Origin: an uncultured Bacteroidia bacterium
Lineage (GTDB): Bacteria; Bacteroidota; Bacteroidia; Bacteroidales; UBA932
DNA: 64,000 nucleotides
Assembly (NCBI GenBank): GCA_902795735.1
Contig: CADBMD010000158.1
Span: forward strand, 2,047 to 66,046
Direction: 5' to 3'
Below the pieces are notes generated by a model, which saw only the letters and a list, made by a program, of their open reading frames with translations, searched no databases and was not told where the DNA came from. Shown here piece after piece: positions 18,683 to 29,313 of the stretch (the stretch's first letter is position 1; each line of letters begins with the position of its first letter). Made by a program: the position numbers and the translations under genes.

Positions 18683-18851
18683 GGAACTGTGCGGGCAGAT
18701 ATTTGTCAAAAACGTGACCGTGGAGTTCGGAGTGGAACTCTGCGGGAAGATATTTGGCGAAAACGTGACTTCGTAGTTCGGCGTGGAACTCTGCGGGCAG
18801 ATATTTGTCAAAAACGTGACCGTGGAGTTCGGCGTGGAACTCTGCGGGCAG
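18683..18851. repeat. Intergenic 51-bp tandem repeat (about 3.3 copies) with a hairpin across unit junctions
   Basis: Unit ggaactctgcgggcagatatttgtcaaaaacgtgaccgtggagttcggcgt starts at 18683, 18734, 18785 and (partial) 18836. Inverted repeat GAGTTC-6nt-GAACTC spans the junctions. Confidence 0.9.
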
Positions 18852-18857
18852 GAAGGC

Positions 18858-19979
18858 TTATGGAAGGCTTATAGAAGGCAGCGTGAAGGCTGTTGCGGGG
18901 ACGAGCTGCACATAGACGGGATGAGGGAGGATGATGTCCTTGTGGAGATCTGTAAGCAGACCCGAGCGGCGATCCCTCCTGAAGACCTGGACCTTGTTGC
19001 TGTCACGACAGGCAACCAAGACAAAACGCCCGTCAGAAGAAATAGTAAAATTCCTCGGATGAAGCCCCGTCTCCTGATAACCAACCCACGTAAGCAGACC
19101 CGTCTCGGAATCCTGCGAAAATATGGCAAGCCCGTCACCTTTCAACCTGTTGCTGGCATAAAGGAACTTCCCGTCTGGAGAAAAGTGGATGTCCGCACTC
19201 CCGCCGGCATGAGAAGGATCGGCATCAATAACCTGCAACTGACGCAAATCCCCACCGGCATATTCATAAACCACGACGGTCCCGCCAAGTTCAGTCAGGA
19301 CATATATGAAACGACCGTCCCTGGAGAAGGTGAAATGCCTCGGCCCCTGCCCTGCCGGGACCTTGATCTCATAAGGATCCAATGAAGAGACTTCCCCATC
19401 TTTGACCGGGAAACGGTAAACCAAGTCACCTCCAAGGTCTGTAACGAACAAGTACCGGCCATCAGGAGACAGTTGTGAAGAATGGATGTGGGAACATTCC
19501 TGACGCCCGGCAACCGGACCGCTCCCGGAAAATTCCAGCAAGGTTCCCTCTTTCAAATCACCATCGTCATCCAAAGGAAAGATCGTCATGGAACCGGATG
19601 AGTAATTGGTCGCAACCACTTCCTTACCGATGCAGCACACATGACAAGCAGACCTGCCGAAAGTCGACATCCTGTTTCGGAAAGCCAAGGCACCTTCAGA
19701 TGCATCGAAATCAAAGGCTGAAACAGAAGACTCATCATCCTGCTCTGAAACCGAATAGACAATCTTGCCATCCCCGGATACCGTAAGGAAAGAAGGATTG
19801 TCTATCGGCGTGACGGACAACAGCTTAGAAGAACCTGCCCGTGAGTCGAAACGATAAGTATAGATTCCTTCACTTCCAGAGTCCGTGTAGGTTCCCACCA
19901 ACAAAGTAAGCTCGGATGACGGCTTCACGCAACCGGCAACAGCCAATGCCAAGATCAAGAATAATAACTGCTTCCTCAT
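18858..19979 (-). CDS. Lactonase, 7-bladed beta-propeller (6-phosphogluconolactonase/Pgl family), lipoprotein
   Basis: Motifs LLVGTYT, NPSFL, SHIHS, DLGGD, GPRHFTF, LYASNR and HPRNF. Lipobox AVAGC after MRKQLLFL (ATG 19979). TATCTTTG -7 element at 19985-19992. Confidence 0.85.
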   Translation of the reverse strand: MRKQLLFLILALAVAGCVKPSSELTLLVGTYTDSGSEGIYTYRFDSRAGSSKLLSVTPIDNPSFLTVSGDGKIVYSVSEQDDESSVSAFDFDASEGALAFRNRMSTFGRSACHVCCIGKEVVATNYSSGSMTIFPLDDDGDLKEGTLLEFSGSGPVAGRQECSHIHSSQLSPDGRYLFVTDLGGDLVYRFPVKDGEVSSLDPYEIKVPAGQGPRHFTFSRDGRFIYVLTELGGTVVVYEYAGGDLRQLQVIDADPSHAGGSADIHFSPDGKFLYASNRLKGDGLAIFSQDSETGLLTWVGYQETGLHPRNFTISSDGRFVLVACRDSNKVQVFRRDRRSGLLTDLHKDIILPHPVYVQLVPATAFTLPSISLP

Positions 19980-20071
19980 GGCTGCAAAGATAGATAATTC
20001 CATCCTATGTCTTGCAAATACACTTTTTAAAAACGAACTTTGAAGGAACGTAATCCAGATTGCATCCCACC

Positions 20072-22573
20072 ATGAGAAATTGTTTTTTAGCACTTGCATG
20101 CCTGTTGGCAGGAATGACCGCTTATGGACAAAGGCTTGTCCTGAACTACGACAAACCAGCAAAAGTTTTCGAAGAAGCCCTCCCCATCGGAAACGGTCAC
20201 CTGGGAGCGATGGTCCACGGAGGAGTTACGGACGACCTTATCTGGCTGAACGAAGGCACCTTATGGGCAGGATGCGCCAATCCTGACAATAATCCTGTGC
20301 CCTCAGGAGGTCCGGAACTGCTGGCCAAGGTCCGGGCGGCCCTCGACAAGGAAGACTGGACAGGAGCGGAGAATCTTGTCAAGGGACTCCAAGGAAAATA
20401 TGTCAATTCCTTCCTGCCGATGGGTAGCCTGCATTTGAGGCAGGAGTTCGACAAGGATGTCCTCTTTTTCGACTACCAGGGAAACAATGGTTCCGCCTGG
20501 AAAACCAACTTACCAAAAGACAACAGCCCGGTTGAGTATTACTCCAGGTCGCTGGACCTGGACAGTGCCATAGTCAGGACGTCCTTTTCCGTAGAAGGCG
20601 TGGATTATTCAAGGGAAATGTTCATCTCCCATCCGGACAGGGTCATGGTCATCCATCTGACAGCTTCCGCTCCTGAATTGGAATTCGACCTCGAAGGCTC
20701 CACAATGTGGGATTCAAGCTGTATTAAAAGCCTCTCGTCCAATGAATATCTCGTTTCAGGACAGGTAGGCTATTACCAGAGCACCAAGTGGGAGGAGCCT
20801 TTCTCCAAATGGCAGACAGGACCTGACGGAGAAAAGGGCATGCGCTACCAGTTCAGGGTTAAAGTCGTGAAATGCGACGGAGAAGTCTTCACGACCCCTT
20901 TCATCCATGTCAGTGGAGCAAGCGACGTCGTGATCCTGGTCAGTGCAGCTACCAGTTTCAACGGATTCGACAAGAGACCGGACACGGAAGGCCGGGACGA
21001 GGGTGCCCTGGCTTCTTCTTTTATCAATAGTGCCGGGAAAAAATCTCTTGAAGAGCTTCGGGAAGCCCATGTCGCCGACTATCAGGCACTTTTCAAAGAG
21101 GTTAAGCTGGATCTTGGCAATAAGGGCGATGCTGTCGAGGCCACAAGCAAGACGACCGACCAGAGGCTTGAGGAATATGCTGCCGGAACCCGTGACCCCT
21201 ATCTTGAAACCCTTTACTTCCAATTCGGACGCTATCTGCTGATTTCATGCTCCCGGGAAGACAGCGAAGTTCCTTGCAACCTTCAGGGAATATGGTGCAA
21301 GGACCGCCATCCGGCATGGGGTGCCGACATCCACACCAACATCAACGTCCAGATGAATTACTGGCCATCAGAGCCTCTCGGACTCAGCCAGACTGCGATG
21401 CCTTTGATGGAGTTCATAAAGAACTGTTCGGTCGCAGGAGCAGAAGTCGTGAGGAACATGTATGGCATGAAAGGCTGGACGGTCCATCACAACAGTGACA
21501 TCTGGTGTGCCGCCAATCCCGTCGGAGAAAAGTCCGGCAGCCCTTGCTGGGCAAACTATGTGATGGCCGGGCCATGGCTCTGCACACATCTCTACGAACA
21601 TTATCTCTTTACCGAAGACAAAGATTTCCTGAAGGACACGGCCTATCCTCTGATGAAAGGCTCCGCCGAATTCCTGATGGACTGGCTGATAGAGAAGGAC
21701 GGCAAGTTCATAACCTCTCCATCTACTTCTCCCGAAAATGGTTTCATAGACGACAATGGCAAGACCGGCCAGGTGACGATCGGATCGGCGATGGACCTGG
21801 AGATCTGCTGGGAGTTGTTCACAGACCTGATCGAGGCAAGCGAGAAACTTGGACTTGACCCTGGACAGAGGAAGACTTGGAAGCATTACAGGGACAACCT
21901 GCACCCCCTCCAGGTCGGCAAGGCCGGAAACCTGGTCGAATGGTACAAGGACTGGAAAGATACCGAGCCTCAGCACAGGCATGTGTCCCACTTGTTCGGG
22001 CTTTATCCAGGTCACGAAATATCTCCGACCACTACACCTGAACTATCCAAAGCGGCGATCAAGACTTTGGAGCTCAGGGGTGACGGCGGCACAGGATGGA
22101 GCAAAGCCTGGAAGATCTGCTTCTGGTCTAGGCTTCTTGACGGAGACCATGCCTACAAGATGTACAGGGAACTTCTGAGCAAGTCCACCCTTCCGAACCT
22201 CTTCGACACCCATCCACCATTCCAGATCGACGGGAATTTCGGTTCGATTGCCGGCATTGCGGAAATGTTCCTCCAAAGCCATAATGGTGAGATACACCTG
22301 CTCCCTGCCCTCCCTTCCGATTGGGAAGACGGCTCTGTCACAGGATTGAAAGCCCGTGGAGCCCTTTCCGTGGACATTTCATGGGAGAAAGGAAAACTAA
22401 AATCGGCAACCATCTGTCCTCTAGGCCAAAGCACTGCCAAGAGCATCACGATCCGCACCGATGTTCCCGTACGCGTGAAAGGAGCATCATCACGGACAAA
22501 GAGAGACGGAAACTGGTACCTGACCACAATCTCTGTCAAACCAGGCCGAAGCTACTCCTTGTCAATAAGATAG
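20072..22573 (+). CDS. GH95 alpha-L-fucosidase/alpha-L-galactosidase
   Basis: Signal peptide. Motifs [48 protein letters not shown] and PFQIDGNFG. Confidence 0.93.
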   Translation: MRNCFLALACLLAGMTAYGQRLVLNYDKPAKVFEEALPIGNGHLGAMVHGGVTDDLIWLNEGTLWAGCANPDNNPVPSGGPELLAKVRAALDKEDWTGAENLVKGLQGKYVNSFLPMGSLHLRQEFDKDVLFFDYQGNNGSAWKTNLPKDNSPVEYYSRSLDLDSAIVRTSFSVEGVDYSREMFISHPDRVMVIHLTASAPELEFDLEGSTMWDSSCIKSLSSNEYLVSGQVGYYQSTKWEEPFSKWQTGPDGEKGMRYQFRVKVVKCDGEVFTTPFIHVSGASDVVILVSAATSFNGFDKRPDTEGRDEGALASSFINSAGKKSLEELREAHVADYQALFKEVKLDLGNKGDAVEATSKTTDQRLEEYAAGTRDPYLETLYFQFGRYLLISCSREDSEVPCNLQGIWCKDRHPAWGADIHTNINVQMNYWPSEPLGLSQTAMPLMEFIKNCSVAGAEVVRNMYGMKGWTVHHNSDIWCAANPVGEKSGSPCWANYVMAGPWLCTHLYEHYLFTEDKDFLKDTAYPLMKGSAEFLMDWLIEKDGKFITSPSTSPENGFIDDNGKTGQVTIGSAMDLEICWELFTDLIEASEKLGLDPGQRKTWKHYRDNLHPLQVGKAGNLVEWYKDWKDTEPQHRHVSHLFGLYPGHEISPTTTPELSKAAIKTLELRGDGGTGWSKAWKICFWSRLLDGDHAYKMYRELLSKSTLPNLFDTHPPFQIDGNFGSIAGIAEMFLQSHNGEIHLLPALPSDWEDGSVTGLKARGALSVDISWEKGKLKSATICPLGQSTAKSITIRTDVPVRVKGASSRTKRDGNWYLTTISVKPGRSYSLSIR

Positions 22574-22582
22574 AAAGAATAC

Positions 22583-24664
22583 CTATCTGGTGATGTCCCA
22601 GTAGGAGGTACCCTTCTCCATGAGGGCAAGCGTCGTGATGATCCAGCTCTGGATCCAGCCTGTGAGAGTGCTCTGTGCTCCCCAGCCGGCATCCGCGTTT
22701 GATGCCCAGTAATCCCAATTCCGGTAATTGAAAGCACGGAACCATGCCCCGTCAACACTCTTGTAACCCTCGCTCCTGACCTGGATCCTCACCAGGAATT
22801 CGGCAAGGGAATCGGCCATCTTCCTGATCTTCGGATCGGAAGTGGCGCAAGCCGCCTCGTTCAGGGCAAAGATGGCGAAGTTGCTGGTGTAGAGCATGTC
22901 TGCTACCGGATCACCATTGCGGAAAATCAATGGAGCTTCATTCGCACCGTAGTCGGCATTGCACCTCTCAGCCCCGAACATGCCCTTGAAAGGGTCGCCG
23001 AGTTCCTCGCGGATCGCTCCGCACTCTACCTGGTTCACTGCGATGTCCGAAGTAATCCTGTCGATCCAGGCCTTATGCTCTTCAGTCGGACTGACACGAT
23101 AAAGCCAGGCCAGAGGCAGGACCATCCGGGCCCTCTCCTGCTGGATTCCGTTGGTCCAGCTCCATGAGTCCGGGTAAGCCGCCATGGTGGTGGATATTCC
23201 TTTCTCGGCAAGGTCAAGGTATTTCTTCTCTCCGGTGTGGGCATACTGCCAGAGGTAGCAGGCCCAGAGCCAGCTCTCAAAATGAGGGTGCGGATTCACA
23301 TAATTCCTGTCGTGGTAATATTCCCATCCGTTACCCTGGATTCCAGGCTCCTCGAGACGCGGACCTCGGAAGCCATCCCTGCCGGTTGTCCGGAAATTGG
23401 CTTCGATCGCCTCGTTGATCTTTTGTTCCCATTTGTCAGTCCCAAGGACCTTTCCGGCAAGGATGGTCCCCAGGATTGACCTGGCATTGTCATCACCATA
23501 ATAGACCCACTTGTGGGTGTATGCCCAGGACAGGAGCCCGAAACTCGGGCTGGAGGGATCGTTCCTGGGACCGTCCCGGAATTCTTTGAAGGAATAGTCC
23601 GATAGACGCTCTGAGATTTCTTTCCACTCTTGATTCCCAAGAAGTTCCCCTGCGATGGCAAAGGCCATGGAGGATTCTCCCTGGACATCGTCCCTGAGCC
23701 AGTAGCGGTAGGCCTGGTGGCCGTCTTTGTAAACGGCGGAGCAATGCCCTTCCAGAACTCCAAGGCTGCCATCTCCGTCCGGAGCATCCTCGGGGAGTTC
23801 CGGACCTACTGGCATCAGTCCGTCGCCCATGTACTTCATGAGCCATGATTCCTTCCATGATGGATGAACCAGGAAATGTCCGTTGAAGAACCACTCGATG
23901 CCTTTCCGGATGGCTTCAGGGCGCGCCGAAGCAGGAAGGGAAACTGTCCGTGAATATGCCGGAGCTATCATCGTCGGCCAGGATTTGAAAGAAACCTTCC
24001 GGCCGGTAAGGTCCGAAAGGACATATTCCCAGAAGGACTGCCATCTCTTTTCGGGCATCAGGCGCAGCCTGGCGAAATCACTCAGCTTGGAAGTGCTGAC
24101 CAGGATGTTCCCGTCTTTCCTGAACACAAGGGGATGGCTTGGAGTGCCTTCCAGCCCGAACACAGCCTCATCGAATCCTGCTACCCGGGCTATTACCATC
24201 AGAGGGTCGTCGCTCTCTGCTTCATAATAGACACCCCTGTTGACCGTGAGCAGAGCCATCGGAGACAAACTGTCTCCAAGTTCTTTGGTAACGACGACAC
24301 GTTCAACGCTGATTTCCTTCAACCCGGACCCCGAGACAGCGGTGTCTCCCGGGAAAGTCGCGAATTCTGCGAAAACGCGCAGGTCTTTCCCATGGATCAG
24401 ATCCAAGTCTTCCTGGGACAGAGCCTGGGTGGTGTCAGGGTATCTGCTCCCAAGCAAAAGGACGGCCGAGCCTTCATGGGCAGCCTTCAAGGCAGCCTCC
24501 GGTGAACTCTTTACCTTCGGCCTGAATCCTTCCTCGCGAAGCAGGCTGACCAGGTCATTATCCCCCGCTCCGGAATGGACATATATCCTTTGATCGGCAC
24601 ATCCGCCTGCCACCATCATGATGGCAGACAGAAGTGCTATCAGCAGTCTTTCCTTGAAACTCAT
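22583..24664 (-). CDS. Conserved hypothetical lipoprotein, probable six-hairpin (alpha/alpha) glycosidase/lyase-like C-terminal domain
   Basis: Lipobox VAGGC after MSFKERLL. Helical repeats such as LWQYAHTGEKKYLDLAEKGI and ALNEAACATSDPKIRKMADSLAEFL. Trp/Tyr/acid-rich motifs YYGDDNAR, NGIQQERAR and DGAWFRAF. Confidence 0.55.
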   Translation of the reverse strand: MSFKERLLIALLSAIMMVAGGCADQRIYVHSGAGDNDLVSLLREEGFRPKVKSSPEAALKAAHEGSAVLLLGSRYPDTTQALSQEDLDLIHGKDLRVFAEFATFPGDTAVSGSGLKEISVERVVVTKELGDSLSPMALLTVNRGVYYEAESDDPLMVIARVAGFDEAVFGLEGTPSHPLVFRKDGNILVSTSKLSDFARLRLMPEKRWQSFWEYVLSDLTGRKVSFKSWPTMIAPAYSRTVSLPASARPEAIRKGIEWFFNGHFLVHPSWKESWLMKYMGDGLMPVGPELPEDAPDGDGSLGVLEGHCSAVYKDGHQAYRYWLRDDVQGESSMAFAIAGELLGNQEWKEISERLSDYSFKEFRDGPRNDPSSPSFGLLSWAYTHKWVYYGDDNARSILGTILAGKVLGTDKWEQKINEAIEANFRTTGRDGFRGPRLEEPGIQGNGWEYYHDRNYVNPHPHFESWLWACYLWQYAHTGEKKYLDLAEKGISTTMAAYPDSWSWTNGIQQERARMVLPLAWLYRVSPTEEHKAWIDRITSDIAVNQVECGAIREELGDPFKGMFGAERCNADYGANEAPLIFRNGDPVADMLYTSNFAIFALNEAACATSDPKIRKMADSLAEFLVRIQVRSEGYKSVDGAWFRAFNYRNWDYWASNADAGWGAQSTLTGWIQSWIITTLALMEKGTSYWDITR

Positions 24665-24672
24665 GGACAGCC

Positions 24673-26124
24673 CTAGATCTCGACTGGCTTGTAACGAGGT
24701 ACCAGAGTCCTCATTATAACCCATGCCAGCAGATAGGCTATTCCGCAGAAGCAGAACACGATGAAATAGCCGGCGGGTTTACCTTCAAAGCCAAGGAAAT
24801 GGAAAGCAGCACCGGCATTCTCTGCGTAGGTAAAGAGGTTTCCTGCTACCTTCTGGATGATCATGGAACCGACTCCTCCTGCCATGGCACCGATTCCGGT
24901 GATGGTTGCAATGGCTCCTTTAGGGAACATGTCGCCGACGGTGGAGAAAATATTGGCGGACCATGCCTGATGTCCTGCTGCGGCAAGGCCGATCAGGACC
25001 GCCGGCCACCAAGGAGAGTTGAAATGTACTCCCAGCGGCTGTGCGAACAGGGAACAAAGCGGGAAGAATGCGAAGATAAGCATCGCCAGCATTCGTCCGG
25101 AATAGGGATGCATCCCTTTCTTCTCGACGAAAATCTTAGGCAGGTAGCCTCCGAATATGGAAACAACCGTTACTATCAAGTAGAGAGTGAATATTAGTGC
25201 CTGGCCCTTGAACGAAGTGGCCGGAGCATTGAACTGGTTGCTGAAATAAGAAGGGGCCCAGAACAGGAAGAACCACCAGACTCCGTCAGTGAGGAATTTT
25301 CCTACGATGAAGGACCAAGTCTGCCTGAACTTGAATGCCTGCACGAAGGGAATGGATTTCTCCTGTGCCAGGGCGGCTTTTTCGGCAGCTTCTTCTGCGT
25401 CATCCTGATGGATATACTCAAGTTCCGCCTCATTCACATGCTTGCTTACTTCCGGCTTATCGTACATGAAATGCCAGAAGAACATCCAGATGAAGCCCAG
25501 GCCGCCGATGATGATGAAAGCCCACTCCCAGCCAAGCGCTTTTGCAAGCGGGGGGATGCAAAGAGGTGCTGCAAGGGCACCGACGGAAGCTCCGGCATTG
25601 AATATGGATGTGGCGAAGGCCCTGTCCTTCTTCGGGAAATATTCTGCGGTAACCTTGATGGCCGCTGGGAAGTTACCGGCCTCTCCCAGGGCCAGGATTC
25701 CCCTGCACAGCAAGAAGAGGTACACCGAGGTAGTAGCGACAGCGAGGGCCGCATTGCTTCCAGCCTCTACCGCACGCATGGCTGCAACAGATTCAAAACC
25801 ACCGATATGGGCTGAGGCCCAACCGCAGGCGGCGTGCATCACGGCACCTGTTGACCACACTCCGATTGCAATCAGGTAACCTTTCTTGGTCCCCATCCAG
25901 TCCACGAACTTGCCGGCGAAGAGACAGGCTATCGCATAGAAAATGGAGAAGAAAGATGTTATCGTACCATAATTGGCGTCCGACCAGTGGAATTCCGGCT
26001 TGATGAACTCCTCATAAGTCAATGAAAGCACCTGCCGGTCCAAGTAATTCACCGTCGTCGCAACGAAAAGGAGACTGCATATCCACCATCTCCAATCGGT
26101 CATCAGTTTTTTCTGTGTTGACAT
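24673..26124 (-). CDS. exuT: MFS hexuronate transporter
   Basis: Motifs TTVNYLDRQ, GEAGNFPAA and HQAWSANIF, about 12 hydrophobic segments, and location in the uxa/kdg operon. Confidence 0.88.
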   Translation of the reverse strand: MSTQKKLMTDWRWWICSLLFVATTVNYLDRQVLSLTYEEFIKPEFHWSDANYGTITSFFSIFYAIACLFAGKFVDWMGTKKGYLIAIGVWSTGAVMHAACGWASAHIGGFESVAAMRAVEAGSNAALAVATTSVYLFLLCRGILALGEAGNFPAAIKVTAEYFPKKDRAFATSIFNAGASVGALAAPLCIPPLAKALGWEWAFIIIGGLGFIWMFFWHFMYDKPEVSKHVNEAELEYIHQDDAEEAAEKAALAQEKSIPFVQAFKFRQTWSFIVGKFLTDGVWWFFLFWAPSYFSNQFNAPATSFKGQALIFTLYLIVTVVSIFGGYLPKIFVEKKGMHPYSGRMLAMLIFAFFPLCSLFAQPLGVHFNSPWWPAVLIGLAAAGHQAWSANIFSTVGDMFPKGAIATITGIGAMAGGVGSMIIQKVAGNLFTYAENAGAAFHFLGFEGKPAGYFIVFCFCGIAYLLAWVIMRTLVPRYKPVEI

Positions 26125-26125
26125 G

Positions 26126-26791
26126 TTATTTCAGTGATTTGATTATCTCCAATGCTCCTGCACAAAGTTCGGAAATTTTTCCCCACTCTCCAGCAGCAAT
26201 GACATCTTTCGGGAAAAGATTCGACCCCATTCCGACACAGGTGACTCCGGCTTTGAACCATGCCTCGAGATTTTCCCTCGTAGGCTTTACTCCTCCTGTC
26301 ACCATGATCTGGCTCCAGGGCATGGGGGCCTTGATACCCTTTACGAAAGCAGGTCCGAGGACATCTCCGGGAAACACCTTGCAGACATCGCAGCCGGCTT
26401 CCTGGGCAGCCCCTATCTCACTGGGAGTGGCGCATCCCGGGCAATAAGGAATGAGCCTGCGGTTGCACACGGGAGCCACCTCGGGGTTGAAAAGGGGTCC
26501 TACGACGAAGTTCGCTCCGAGCTGGATGTACATCGCTGCGGTTCCCGGGTCGACCACGGAACCTATTCCCAGGATCATTCCGGGCAGTTCCTTGTTGGTG
26601 AACTTGACCAGTTCTCCGAAGACTTCCTGGGCAAAATCACCCCGGTTGGTGAATTCAAAGACCCTTACACCACCGTCATAACATGCTTTGAGCACATTCT
26701 TGGCAGTTTCAAGGTCGGCATTGTAGAAGACGGGAACCATTCCCGTTTCCTTCATGGTCTGTATGACCTGCAATTTTGTGTATTTTGCCAT
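26126..26791 (-). CDS. eda: KDPG/KHG aldolase
   Basis: Motifs FEFTNR, GIGSVVD, KVFPG and MVTGGV. Start at ATG 26791. Confidence 0.92.
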   Translation of the reverse strand: MAKYTKLQVIQTMKETGMVPVFYNADLETAKNVLKACYDGGVRVFEFTNRGDFAQEVFGELVKFTNKELPGMILGIGSVVDPGTAAMYIQLGANFVVGPLFNPEVAPVCNRRLIPYCPGCATPSEIGAAQEAGCDVCKVFPGDVLGPAFVKGIKAPMPWSQIMVTGGVKPTRENLEAWFKAGVTCVGMGSNLFPKDVIAAGEWGKISELCAGALEIIKSLK

Positions 26792-26801
26792 ATCCGTAAT
26801 C

Positions 26802-27842
26802 TTAACGGGAAACACGGCCGGAGCCGTCTCCTTTCATCAGGTTTTCAACTTCCTGGACAGTGACCTGGTTGTAGTCTCCGAATATCGTGTGCTTGAGACA
26901 AGACGCCGCCACAGCGAAATTCAGCGCCTTCTGGTCATCGCCAGTAAAGGTAAGAAGTCCGTAGATGAGGCCTCCCATGAAACTGTCACCACCTCCGACA
27001 CGGTCAACTATGTGGGTGATGTCGTAACGGGGAGACTGGAAAAGAGTCCTGCCGTCCCAAAGGACACCGCCCCATGTGTTATGGTTGGCATTGATCGAAC
27101 CGCGAAGGGTTATGATGACCTTCCTTGCCCTGGGGAAGCGGAACATGAGCTGTTCCCCGACGCTCTGGAATCTCTTCTGGTCGATAGTCCCAGCCGTGGC
27201 CGTGACATCGAACCCTTCAGGCTTGATACCGAAGACCTTATCGGCATCTTCCTCGTTGCCGAGGATGATGTCGCAGCCTTCGACAAGGGCAGGCATTATC
27301 TCGGAAGCCTTCTTTCCGTATTTCCAGAGATTCTTGCGGTAATTAAGGTCGCAAGACACAGTGACGCCCAGCCTGTTCGCTGACTTGATAGCCTCCAGGC
27401 AGACATCGGCCGCTCCCTGGCTGAGTGCCGGAGTTATGCCGGTCCAATGGAACCAGTCAGCCCCTTCAAAGACCTTGTCCCAGTCGATCATGCCAGTCTC
27501 TATGGTGGAAATAGCCGAGTGCGCCCTGTCGTAGACGACCTTGCTCGGACGTGCGACCGCACCTGTCTCAAGGAAATATATTCCAAGACGGTCTCCTCCA
27601 AAAACACAGAAATCCGTACCTACTCCATAAGAATGAAGGTCCCGGATGCAACTCCTGGCAATATCGTTTTCCGGGAAACGGGTGACGAACTGGACGTCCA
27701 TCCCATAATTTGCCAGTGAAACTGCTACATTTGCCTCACCTCCGCCGAATGTCGCATCGAACTGCTTTGCCTGTGAAAAACGCAGGTAGCCCGGAGTGGA
27801 AAGCCGGAGCATTATCTCTCCGAAAGTGATAATTCTTGGCAT
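26802..27842 (-). CDS. kdgK: 2-keto-3-deoxygluconate kinase (PfkB family)
   Basis: Motifs [25 protein letters not shown] and DRVGGGDSF. Confidence 0.92.
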   Translation of the reverse strand: MPRIITFGEIMLRLSTPGYLRFSQAKQFDATFGGGEANVAVSLANYGMDVQFVTRFPENDIARSCIRDLHSYGVGTDFCVFGGDRLGIYFLETGAVARPSKVVYDRAHSAISTIETGMIDWDKVFEGADWFHWTGITPALSQGAADVCLEAIKSANRLGVTVSCDLNYRKNLWKYGKKASEIMPALVEGCDIILGNEEDADKVFGIKPEGFDVTATAGTIDQKRFQSVGEQLMFRFPRARKVIITLRGSINANHNTWGGVLWDGRTLFQSPRYDITHIVDRVGGGDSFMGGLIYGLLTFTGDDQKALNFAVAASCLKHTIFGDYNQVTVQEVENLMKGDGSGRVSR

Positions 27843-27846
27843 GGTC

Positions 27847-29286
27847 CTAAATGATTGTTTCGACAGCTTTCTTCATTCCTTCAGCCTGGATGAGGGCAAG
27901 ATCCTTTGAAAGGAGTCCGCAAAGGCCGGGTATTCCATTAAGGTCTTCATCCCAGATGAATCCGGCACCCAGGACTCCCTTTGCAACAGCCTGGACATCT
28001 CCAGTCGCCCAAAGGTCTTTCAGAAGGTCGATGATCTTCTGGTCATCGGCGGGAACGATTTCGTCTTCACCCCTCTTGCCGCCTTTGTAGTAAGTACAGA
28101 TTGCAGCCAGGCCGAAGACCAGGCCCTGAGGGAGTTCTCCCTTGCGCTCAAGGTAAGTCTTGATCCCAGGGAGGTCGCGAGTGCGGAATTTGGGGAATGA
28201 ATTGAGCATGATGCTCGTGACGAAATGCTTCACGAAAGGATTGCGGAAGCGGTCCATGACGTCGCCTGCGAACTGCAGGAGTTCGTTTTCCGGAAGGTTC
28301 AAGGTAGGGAGGAGTTCTTCGTACATGACCTTGTGGACAAACTTTCCGACCACCGGGTCTTCGCAGCATTCCTTCACTGTGTTGAGTCCGCTCAGGTAGC
28401 CGACCGGAGAAAGCACGGTGTGCGGGCCGTTCAGAAGGGTGACCTTACGCTCATGGTAAGGCGCCTCGGAAGGGACGAAGAGGACATTCAGCCCGGCCTT
28501 TCCGGCAGGGAATTCCTCTGCAACGGCCTCAGGAGCCTCGATGACCCAGAGATGGAAGATCTCGGCCTTGTCGAGAAGGTTGTCCTGATAGCCGACCCTT
28601 TCGCAAAGCTGAGCCGCGGTATCCCTCGGATAACCGGGAACGATACGGTCCACCAGGGTGCTGTAAACTCCGCAAGAGTTCTCGAACCACTCCGAAAAGC
28701 CCTCGCCAAGCTGCCACAGGTCAATGTATTTCCGGATACACTCCTTGAGATGCTTTCCGTTTTCGAATATGAGTTCGCAAGGGAATATGATGAAGCCCTT
28801 GGTGGGATCGCCGTTGAAATGCTCGTACCGGTGGTAAAGGAGCTGGGTAAGTTTTCCGGGATAGGAAAGGGCAGGCTTGTCAGTGAACTTGCAATCCGGA
28901 TCGAAGGCTATGCCAGCCTCTGTGGTGTTGGAGATGATGAAACGCATCTGGGGCTGCTCGGCAAGCTTGAGATACTCCTCGAAATCGCGATAAGGATTCA
29001 CGCCGCGGCTGACCACATCGATAAGATCCACGCTGTCCACGGGTTCTCCTTTATCAAGTCCCTGAAGATTAAGATGATAAAGGCAGTCCTGCTCGTTGAG
29101 CATGTCCACCATGCCCCTGTCGATCGGCTGGACGATGACCACCGAGGCGTTGAAATCCGTTTTCTGGTTGGTCTTCCAGATGATCCAATCGATGAAAGCG
29201 CGAAGGAAATTGCCTTCTCCGAACTGGATTATCTTCTCTGTGTAGGTCTTGGCCTGAGGGGCCGTCTTCCTGTTCAATCTTTCCAT
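27847..29286 (-). CDS. uxaB: Tagaturonate reductase (altronate oxidoreductase)
   Basis: Motifs QFGEGNFLRAF, SNTTEAGI, PCELI, LVDRIVPG and KVTLLNGPHT. Confidence 0.93.
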   Translation of the reverse strand: MERLNRKTAPQAKTYTEKIIQFGEGNFLRAFIDWIIWKTNQKTDFNASVVIVQPIDRGMVDMLNEQDCLYHLNLQGLDKGEPVDSVDLIDVVSRGVNPYRDFEEYLKLAEQPQMRFIISNTTEAGIAFDPDCKFTDKPALSYPGKLTQLLYHRYEHFNGDPTKGFIIFPCELIFENGKHLKECIRKYIDLWQLGEGFSEWFENSCGVYSTLVDRIVPGYPRDTAAQLCERVGYQDNLLDKAEIFHLWVIEAPEAVAEEFPAGKAGLNVLFVPSEAPYHERKVTLLNGPHTVLSPVGYLSGLNTVKECCEDPVVGKFVHKVMYEELLPTLNLPENELLQFAGDVMDRFRNPFVKHFVTSIMLNSFPKFRTRDLPGIKTYLERKGELPQGLVFGLAAICTYYKGGKRGEDEIVPADDQKIIDLLKDLWATGDVQAVAKGVLGAGFIWDEDLNGIPGLCGLLSKDLALIQAEGMKKAVETII

Positions 29287-29313
29287 ATTGTCGTTAAAGA
29301 TATTCAAAAAAAA

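Noticed and set aside
18683-18851. CRISPR array
   Set aside because: The would-be spacers are near-identical rather than unique, there are only about three units, and there are no cas genes or leader. It is reported as a tandem repeat instead.
18689-19385. Repetitive ORFs 18689-18874 and 18783-19385
   Set aside because: They are open only because the 51-bp unit is a multiple of 3, and they overlap the lactonase antisense. There is no independent evidence of coding.
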